Shown here piece after piece: positions 57,406 to 64,000 of a stretch of DNA of 64,000 nt. This DNA is from Minisyncoccota bacterium (lineage in GTDB: Bacteria; Patescibacteriota; Minisyncoccia; UBA9983). Under the pieces are notes generated by a model, which worked only from the letters and a program-made list of their open reading frames with translations, did no database searches and was not told where the DNA came from. The stretch is from the NCBI GenBank assembly GCA_041648395.1, contig JBAZPC010000003.1, forward strand, positions 12,801-76,800. The letters are read 5' to 3'. Within the stretch, counting starts at the first letter, position 1; each line of letters begins with the position of its first letter. The translations under genes were made by a program, and so were the position numbers.

Positions 57406-58578
57406 ATGCCAGCTTTTATTCAGGATATTTTTATTTTAACCAAGGGTTTTTTATTTGAGAATTGGTATTTCTTTTTACCGCTTTTTCTAACCCTTGTTTT
57501 TTGGGATTTTTGGGTAAATTATATTAGGACCAAATTTATTTATAATCTCAAATGGACCACTTTGGAAGTGAAATTGCCGAGGGAAATAACAAAGAGTCCG
57601 CGGGCGATGGAGATTGTCTTAAATATGTTCCATCAAACAAAGGATGGAAATTTTTGGGAAAAATATTGGTTAGGATTTTTGAGGCCGTGGTTCAGCTTGG
57701 AAATAGTCGGCATCAACGGAGAAATTCATTTTTTTATTTGCACTCAATCGTTTTTTAGAAATCTTATTGAGGCGCAGATTTACGCCCAATATCCGGAAGT
57801 GGAAATCGTGGAAGTTGAAGATTATTCCAAAATGGCTTTTACGGAAGGCCTTGGCACAGAATGGGGATGTTTTGGGACGGAGTTTGAACTTATAGCGGAA
57901 GATGCTTATCCCATAAGAACTTATGTTGATTACGGCCTTCATGAGACATTGACTAAGGAAGAGCAAAAGAGCGATCCTATGACCTCCTTTATTGAGCTTC
58001 TCGGCTCTTTGAAAGAAGGGGAGAATATTTGGTTTCAAATTTTAATACGAGCGACAAAAAAGGAATGGAGAGATGAAGGCAAGGCGCTGATTGACGAAAT
58101 AATGGAGAGAGGTAAAAAACTTGCTGAAGGGGAACAGGCGAAAAAATTATCTTCTGGCGAGATAGAAATAATAAAAGCAATTGAGCGCGACGTCTCTAAG
58201 CTTGGCTTTGACGTGGGGATAAGGGCGCTTTATCTTGCCAGAACAGATAAATTTAATGCCATAAATATTTCATCAATAATAGGTTCAATGAAGCAATATA
58301 ATGCCGTGAATTTAAACGGCTTTAAGCCGGCGCGCGCAACTTCTTTGGACTATTGGTGGAGATTGAAAAAGTGGCGGGAGCCAAGAATGAAAATAAAAAT
58401 GATGGATGCCTATAGAAAGCGCTCGTATTTTTATGTGCCTTATTCGCGCAAGCCGTTTGTTTTAAACACCGAAGAGTTGGCGACGATTTTTCACTTCCCG
58501 GGCAGGGTGGCAGAAACCCCGACCTTCGGCAGGATTGAAGCGAAGAAGGGCGAACCGCCGGCGGGCTTGCCCGTATAG
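57406..58578 (+). CDS. membrane protein paralogous to the N-terminal domain of the 25123..27540 ATPase
   Basis: Shared blocks FSLEIVGINGEIHFF / FALEIGLPYFGDEIVFY, and FVLNTEELATIFHFPG / ILLNTAELTSLFHFPS. Confidence 0.5.
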   Translation: MPAFIQDIFILTKGFLFENWYFFLPLFLTLVFWDFWVNYIRTKFIYNLKWTTLEVKLPREITKSPRAMEIVLNMFHQTKDGNFWEKYWLGFLRPWFSLEIVGINGEIHFFICTQSFFRNLIEAQIYAQYPEVEIVEVEDYSKMAFTEGLGTEWGCFGTEFELIAEDAYPIRTYVDYGLHETLTKEEQKSDPMTSFIELLGSLKEGENIWFQILIRATKKEWRDEGKALIDEIMERGKKLAEGEQAKKLSSGEIEIIKAIERDVSKLGFDVGIRALYLARTDKFNAINISSIIGSMKQYNAVNLNGFKPARATSLDYWWRLKKWREPRMKIKMMDAYRKRSYFYVPYSRKPFVLNTEELATIFHFPGRVAETPTFGRIEAKKGEPPAGLPV

Positions 58579-58602
58579 GATAGGGATTGCCTGTTTAAAA
58601 TA

Positions 58603-59253
58603 ATGTTTTCAATTTCAAGGATACAAACAATTATTGCTGTTCTTTTCCTCTGCGCTCTGATTTTGCCGGGTCTGTTTTATCGTTTGTTTTTTAGGGAAGA
58701 TATCCAAATATTGGCTCCTCAAATAAGAATTACTATTCCTGAGGGTTATACCACAAAAGACATCGCGGAACGCTTGAAAAATTTCAGAAATTTTAACAAA
58801 GAAGAATTTTTAAAAATTGCCGAAGATAAAGAAGGATATTTATTCCCAGACACTTATTTTTTTACCAGCAAGGAAATGCCGGAAGAAATTATAGAAAAGA
58901 TGGAAAATAATTTTAAAGTGAAAGCCGGCGATGTTCAAAAAGATATTCTCATAATGGCGTCCATCATAGAAAAAGAAGCGCGCAACAAAGAAGATAGGAG
59001 AATTATCTCCGGTATTTTATGGAAACGATTGAAAATAAATATGCCCTTGCAGGTGGATGTCAGTTTGTACACTTATGACAATAAAGGTCTTCCTCCAATG
59101 CCGATTTGCAATCCCGGGCTGGATGCCATAGACGCGGCAAAAAACCCTGTTGATTCAAAATATTGGTATTATCTTTCCGACAAAAAGGGTGTGACCCACT
59201 TTGCCAGAACTTTTGAAGAGCATAAGCGGAATAGGGCAAAATATGGCATCTAA
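58603..59253 (+). CDS. mltG: endolytic murein transglycosylase MltG (YceG-like)
   Basis: N-terminal TM. YceG motifs GYLFPDTYFF, E...MASIIEKEA. Confidence 0.75.
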   Translation: MFSISRIQTIIAVLFLCALILPGLFYRLFFREDIQILAPQIRITIPEGYTTKDIAERLKNFRNFNKEEFLKIAEDKEGYLFPDTYFFTSKEMPEEIIEKMENNFKVKAGDVQKDILIMASIIEKEARNKEDRRIISGILWKRLKINMPLQVDVSLYTYDNKGLPPMPICNPGLDAIDAAKNPVDSKYWYYLSDKKGVTHFARTFEEHKRNRAKYGI

Positions 59254-60376
59254 AAAACTGAAAGTTTTTGTGGGGATGAGCGGGGGCGTGGACTCTTCTG
59301 TGGCGGCTTTGCTTTTACAAAAACAAAATTATGACTTGGTTGGCTGTTTTATAAAGGGCTGGTACCCGCCCGCCTTCGCAAGCTCAGGCGTTGCGGGCGG
59401 GCCCGCTGGTTTTTATTGTTCCTGGAAAGAAGACAGGCGTGACGTCATGCGCGTGTGCGCCAAGCTCGGCATTCCATTCATCACCATTGATGCGGAAAAA
59501 GAGTATAAGCGCGACGTGGTTGATTACATGCTGCGCGAATACAAGGCGGGACGGACGCCGAATCCCGACGTAATGTGCAATAAAAACATCAAGTTTGGAA
59601 TTTTTTTAAAAAAAGCGCTGGCGATGGGGGCGGATTACATAGCCACAGGGCATTATGTGAAAATTGAAAATTGTAAATTGAAAATTGCTCATGATTTAAA
59701 CAAAGACCAATCTTATTTTCTTTGGACGCTTACGCAAAAGCAATTAAAATACTGCCTTTTTCCGATTGGCGATTTATCAAAACCGCAGGTAAGGGAATTG
59801 GCGAGAAAAAATAATTTGCCCACGGCGGAAAAAGACGAAAGCATGGGTGTTTGTTTTATCGGCGAATTCCCGATGGCGGATTTTCTTAAGAAATATATAA
59901 AAACAAAAAAGGGGAAAGTGGTTACAACAGAGGGGAAGATTATCGGCGAACATGAAGGCGTGATGTTTTATACTATCGGTCAACGTCATGGTTGGGGCGG
60001 GCTTGCCCGCCGAAGCTTTAGCGAAGGCGGGGTGCCGTATTATATCGTGGCAAAAGACATTAAGAAAAATTTAATTATAGTAGCGGATAAAGCGAGCGAG
60101 GAAAATTTTTACAAAAAAGAAGTGGAAATAGAAAATGTAAATTGGATTTCCGGGAAAACGCCACTTGGAAACTTAGTTTCCAAGTTATACAAAGCGCGTA
60201 TTAGATACCGCCAGCCGTTGCAAAATTGCCGCATTAAAATTACAAAAGATGAGAAAAATCAGCGATCGCATAATTATCGAATCTTTTTTACTAGGCCACA
60301 AAGGGCGGTAACCTCGGGTCAGTCGTTGGTTTTGTATGACGGGCAAACAATGCTCGGCGGAGGGATTATAAAATAA
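59243..60376 (+). CDS. mnmA: tRNA-specific 2-thiouridylase MnmA
   Basis: VFVGMSGGVDSSVAA PP-loop. Catalytic Cys context. Carries a GC-rich element and a heptamer tract. Confidence 0.85.
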   Translation: MASKKLKVFVGMSGGVDSSVAALLLQKQNYDLVGCFIKGWYPPAFASSGVAGGPAGFYCSWKEDRRDVMRVCAKLGIPFITIDAEKEYKRDVVDYMLREYKAGRTPNPDVMCNKNIKFGIFLKKALAMGADYIATGHYVKIENCKLKIAHDLNKDQSYFLWTLTQKQLKYCLFPIGDLSKPQVRELARKNNLPTAEKDESMGVCFIGEFPMADFLKKYIKTKKGKVVTTEGKIIGEHEGVMFYTIGQRHGWGGLARRSFSEGGVPYYIVAKDIKKNLIIVADKASEENFYKKEVEIENVNWISGKTPLGNLVSKLYKARIRYRQPLQNCRIKITKDEKNQRSHNYRIFFTRPQRAVTSGQSLVLYDGQTMLGGGIIK

Positions 60377-60452
60377 GTTGCAAAAAACTGGATAATTTGG
60401 TAGGAATAAAAACAGAAAGAAGCTTAAAAATTTCAAATAAGAAGGAGGATGT

Positions 60453-60887
60453 ATGGTAAAATTGATTGTTTTGGAAACGGATACAACAGAGGAAAACCTT
60501 TTCTTTAACTTAGTCAGCCGCGGGAGATGGGATAGGCCTTATTATTTTTCGGTGGACAATTACGACTGGAGCAAAGGAGTAGTCACTTTTTCAATGCTTT
60601 GCTGTTCGCCGTCGCCTGTAATGAAAGTGGGTATTGCTGGAAATCTGATTGTAACGAGTGAAAAATGTATTGAAGAATTAAAGGATTGGTTGAAAGAATG
60701 GGGCGTACAATCAAGAAAGAAAATGACAAGGTCTTTCTTAGAACCAGCAAAAGCTCAGACCTTTCACAAAAAGTTAAGAGAAGAAGTTTCCGAAAAAGAA
60801 AGGCAAAAGGCAGGAGAAAGGGTTGCAAAAAGGATCAAAAGTTTTCTAAGTGCGGTAGATGAGGACCTTTTGGCAATGTGCAGATAA
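60453..60887 (+). CDS. hypothetical protein (144 aa)
   Basis: RBS AAGGAGG. Upstream promoter-like motif related to the 18258/18849 copies. Terminator downstream. Confidence 0.4.
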   Translation: MVKLIVLETDTTEENLFFNLVSRGRWDRPYYFSVDNYDWSKGVVTFSMLCCSPSPVMKVGIAGNLIVTSEKCIEELKDWLKEWGVQSRKKMTRSFLEPAKAQTFHKKLREEVSEKERQKAGERVAKRIKSFLSAVDEDLLAMCR

Positions 60888-60960
60888 AGGCGATTTTGTA
60901 AAAGCGGGGAGATGATATCAAGCCGCTTTTTATTTTTTGTATTTTATTTATAATACTCTT

Positions 60961-62676
60961 ATGACTTCCCATGAAATTCGTGAAAAATTCTTAAAGTTTT
61001 TTGAGGAAAAAGGGCATGCGGTTATTCCGTCTGCCTCTTTGATTCCTTCGGAAACAGACCCAACTGTGCTTTTTACCACTGCCGGCATGCACCCGTTGGT
61101 GCCTTATCTTTTAGGTGAGGAACATCCAGGCGGGAAGCGCGTGGCGAATTCGCAAAAATGCATCCGCACGGGCGACATAGACGAAGTGGGCGATGAAAGC
61201 CATCTCACTTTTTTTGAAATGTTGGGAAATTGGTCATTTGGGGACTATTTTAAAAAAGAAGCGATTGAATGGAGCTGGGAGTTTTTAACGGATAAAAAAT
61301 GGCTGGGGATTGATAAAAATAAATTAAGCGTGACGGTTTTTGAAGGCGACTCAAACGCCCCGCGCGATGAAGAATCGGCGCAAATTTGGCAGTCACTCGG
61401 CGTGCCAAAAGAAAAAATTTTTTATAAAGGAAAAGAAGATAACTGGTGGGGGCCGGCGGGCGCGACAGGGCCGTGCGGACCATGCACGGAAATGTTTATA
61501 GATAATATGGAGGTGTGGAATGACGTTTTTATGCAATACAACAAAACGGCGGATGGCAGTTTTGAACCACTCAAGCAAAAACCTGCCCGCAATGCTACGC
61601 ATAGCGTTGCAGGCGGGAATGTTGATACGGGGATGGGGCTGGAAAGAATCGCCATGGTGATACAGGGCGTCAATTCAGTTTACGAAACGGATTTGTTTGC
61701 GCCGATAATAAATAAAATAGAAAAGCTATCAGCAAACAGCTATCAGCTATCAGCTAAATCTTATCGCATTATCGCCGACCATATTAAGGCGAGCGTATTT
61801 ATAATTGCCGACGGGGTGATGACGTCCAATACAGGTAAAGGATATGTTTTACGTCGCTTAATAAGGCGCGCGGTAAGACACGGAAAATTATTGGGTATAG
61901 AAAAAGATTTTACAAAAGAAATTGCCGAGGTTGTTGTTGAAATTTATAAAGAACATTATCCAGAGGTAAAGAATAACGAATCAAGAATTATGAATGAATT
62001 GGAAAAAGAGGAAAAGAAATTTAAAGAGACATTAGAAAAAGGTCTGAAAGAATTTGAAAAAGGAACGGAACCATTTATTCTTTTTACGACCTTCGGTTTT
62101 CCGTTTGAATTAACCCAAGAGTTGGCAAAGGAAAAGGGGATTAAAATTGATATTGAAAATTTTAATGAGCAATTAAAAGCTCATCAACAGCTTTCCCGCA
62201 CGGCTTCCGTGGGTATGTTTAAGGGCGGGTTGGCGGACGCGGGTGAGATGACCACAAAATATCATACTGCCACGCATTTGCTTTTGGCGGCGTTAAGAGA
62301 GATTTTAGACGGGGATATAATTCAAAAAGGGAGTAATATCACAGCCGAGCGTTTGCGTTTTGATTTCAATTATCCGCAAAAAATAACAGACGAGCAGATT
62401 AAAAAAATTGAGGACTTAGTTAATGAAAAAATTCAGGAAAAAATTCCGGTGGAAATGATTGAATTGCCGAAAGAAGAAGCGTTGAAGGCGACCAAGTCGT
62501 CTTTTGATGAAGGTAAATACGGAGATATTGTGAAAGTTTATAAAATAGGAAATTTTAGCGTGGAATTGTGTGGCGGACCCCATGTCGCCAATACCGGCGA
62601 ACTCGGCCGTTTTAAAATCACCAAAGAAGAAGCGTCTTCTGCGGGCGTGCGGAGAATCAAGGCGGTATTGGAGTAA
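60961..62676 (+). CDS. alaS: alanyl-tRNA synthetase, short form (catalytic + editing core, no C-terminal domain)
   Basis: MTSHEIREKFLKFFEEKGH, class II motifs, editing HxxxH...CGGPH. Contains a heptamer tract. Confidence 0.85.
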   Translation: MTSHEIREKFLKFFEEKGHAVIPSASLIPSETDPTVLFTTAGMHPLVPYLLGEEHPGGKRVANSQKCIRTGDIDEVGDESHLTFFEMLGNWSFGDYFKKEAIEWSWEFLTDKKWLGIDKNKLSVTVFEGDSNAPRDEESAQIWQSLGVPKEKIFYKGKEDNWWGPAGATGPCGPCTEMFIDNMEVWNDVFMQYNKTADGSFEPLKQKPARNATHSVAGGNVDTGMGLERIAMVIQGVNSVYETDLFAPIINKIEKLSANSYQLSAKSYRIIADHIKASVFIIADGVMTSNTGKGYVLRRLIRRAVRHGKLLGIEKDFTKEIAEVVVEIYKEHYPEVKNNESRIMNELEKEEKKFKETLEKGLKEFEKGTEPFILFTTFGFPFELTQELAKEKGIKIDIENFNEQLKAHQQLSRTASVGMFKGGLADAGEMTTKYHTATHLLLAALREILDGDIIQKGSNITAERLRFDFNYPQKITDEQIKKIEDLVNEKIQEKIPVEMIELPKEEALKATKSSFDEGKYGDIVKVYKIGNFSVELCGGPHVANTGELGRFKITKEEASSAGVRRIKAVLE

Positions 62677-62695
62677 AAATGTTATAATTCAACCA

Positions 62696-63880
62696 ATGAG
62701 TTTTTTAGGAAAAAAGAAGGATGAAATTATTGCCGTCATAAATATCGGCAGCGCTTCGGTTAGCGGAATGATGGTAAAAAAATCGGCCGGCAATCCGCCG
62801 GCTGGCGGAGCCGAAATAATAACCAGCGCCAAAATTCCAGTAAACTTTCTAGCAGATGTGGATTATGCCGCCTTTTGGCGATGCACTTGCGACTCGCTTA
62901 AAAAAGTCATTGATAAATTGCTGGTTGGTTATCCAAAAGGCCCCGATAAAGTTCTTTGTGTTTTTTCGCCTCTTTGGGGAATTTCCCAGACAAGGGTGAT
63001 AAGAGTGAGGAGGGAGGAACCGTTCACGGCGACTCAAGAATTTCTGGATGAACTTATTGATAACGAAATAAAAATTTTTCAAGCCCAATGGCACAATAGA
63101 ATCCCGTATCTGAAAGACGATTCAGAGCTGGTTGAGAAAGAAATAATCAAAACAACTTTAAACGGCTACAGCGTAAAAAATCCGTTTGGCAAAAAAGCAA
63201 AAAAGATGGATGTTTTTGTACATTTGAGTTTGGTAGTAAGGGGGGCGAAGGACTCTATCCAAAAATATTTTTTTGATAATTTTGGAGATGTGCTGGTTGT
63301 TTTCCATACCTTGCCTTTTGTTGTTTTTTCCTCGCTGAAAGGCATAATAAACGCGGAGGAGGGATTCCTTTTTTCCGACATCGGCGGAGAGACAAGCGAC
63401 ATCTCTCTCGTGCGTAAAAATATTATTGAAGAAACTTTGACCTTTCCGCGCGGGAGGAATTTTTTAATAAGAAACATAGCCAAAGAATTTAAAACTTTCA
63501 TTGATGAGGCAAAATCGCTTCTGGCGAGCTTTAGGAAGGGAGATTTAAACAAAGCGTCTTCTGATAAAATTTCAGCAGTCATAAACGCCGCTCAAGCAGA
63601 ATGGTGCGGATTTGCGGAAAAGGCGCTGGGGGAAATTTATCAAAATTCGCCGTTACCGATGGCTTTTATAATGGTAAGTGACGAAAATGTCGGACAGGAA
63701 TTTTCCGAATGCGCCAAGAACGAATCTTTCGCGAAATTCACCGTCCTCGGCAAGCCGTTTGATGTAAAACAAATTTCCGCCGACGCCTTAAAACACAACT
63801 TCAAATTCAAGCGCAGCTTTGCGCAAGACAACGACGTCTTCCTGATGCTCATCTCCCTCTTCGCCGACAAAAATTTGTAA
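62696..63880 (+). CDS. actin-like ATPase, FtsA/PilM-like
   Basis: VINIGSASVSG and DIGGETSDISLV phosphate motifs. Contains a PPAGG element variant. Confidence 0.5.
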   Translation: MSFLGKKKDEIIAVINIGSASVSGMMVKKSAGNPPAGGAEIITSAKIPVNFLADVDYAAFWRCTCDSLKKVIDKLLVGYPKGPDKVLCVFSPLWGISQTRVIRVRREEPFTATQEFLDELIDNEIKIFQAQWHNRIPYLKDDSELVEKEIIKTTLNGYSVKNPFGKKAKKMDVFVHLSLVVRGAKDSIQKYFFDNFGDVLVVFHTLPFVVFSSLKGIINAEEGFLFSDIGGETSDISLVRKNIIEETLTFPRGRNFLIRNIAKEFKTFIDEAKSLLASFRKGDLNKASSDKISAVINAAQAEWCGFAEKALGEIYQNSPLPMAFIMVSDENVGQEFSECAKNESFAKFTVLGKPFDVKQISADALKHNFKFKRSFAQDNDVFLMLISLFADKNL

Positions 63881-64000
63881 AGGTGTAGAAAAACACGAAA
63901 AATAGCACAAAAAATAACACAGAAATAAATTTTCAATGCAAAGTATCCCCTAACCATTGCTATCGCATCGTATAGGTGATAGTATGAGTTAGTATGAAGT

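Noticed and set aside
58545-58578. CCGCCGGCGG palindrome encoding EPPAGLPV at the C-terminus of the 57406 protein
   Set aside because: The paralogous ATPase has a homologous AAPPLNLPQ at the same position, so this is probably native sequence and not a copy of the PPAGG element.

Overview
AT-rich bacterial chromosomal segment with small, tightly packed genes. Several housekeeping proteins are shortened (short Rel/SpoT, short AlaRS, short DnaX) and there are tandem GT-C glycosyltransferases. From this I infer a small-genome, CPR/Patescibacteria-like organism. Standard genetic code: TAA, TGA and TAG are all used as stops. I support about 60 CDS, most of them recognisable housekeeping genes (smc end, rpsP-khpA-trmD, htrA, clpB, rpmG, miaA, xerC/D-like recombinase, miaB-like, parB-like, rel, topA, dprA, serS, ftsQ-like, dnaX, histidine kinase, DEAD helicase, typA, rlmB, hpf, pcm, fmt, def, priA, murA, mreB, nfo, ychF, leuS, mltG, mnmA, alaS, ftsA-like). 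There are 6 tRNA genes and 2 tRNA fragments, no rRNA and no CRISPR array. Coordinates for RNA genes and repeats were indexed by hand and may be off by 1-2 nt. Main observations: (1) Several families of short GC-rich palindromic elements lie in-frame inside essential genes, in the manner of Rickettsia RPEs but much shorter. The clearest is an 18-bp perfect palindrome ATCCGCCAGCTGGCGGAT that encodes (N/D)PPAGG in five unrelated genes. (2) Tandem heptanucleotide repeats (3-6 units, kept in frame as 21-nt / 7-aa repeats) occur inside miaA, fmt, nfo, leuS, mnmA and alaS. (3) A canonical cloverleaf tRNA carries a CUA (amber-reading) anticodon and sits in a duplicated promoter/terminator cassette, and a second tRNA-like gene has anticodon UAA and a 6-bp anticodon stem. 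(4) There are tRNA-associated scars: tRNA-Leu(CAA) with a divergent partial 3' duplicate near a tyrosine recombinase, and tRNA-Gln with a GIY-YIG gene wedged between it and a 5' tRNA-Gln fragment. (5) An MNT/HepT toxin-antitoxin pair is inserted at the smc 3' end with a 37-nt direct repeat. (6) An unrecognised N-terminal domain occurs both as a standalone membrane protein and fused to a VirD4/HerA-like P-loop ATPase. (7) A secreted Cys-rich repeat protein with a Pro/Gln/Met-rich tail is present.
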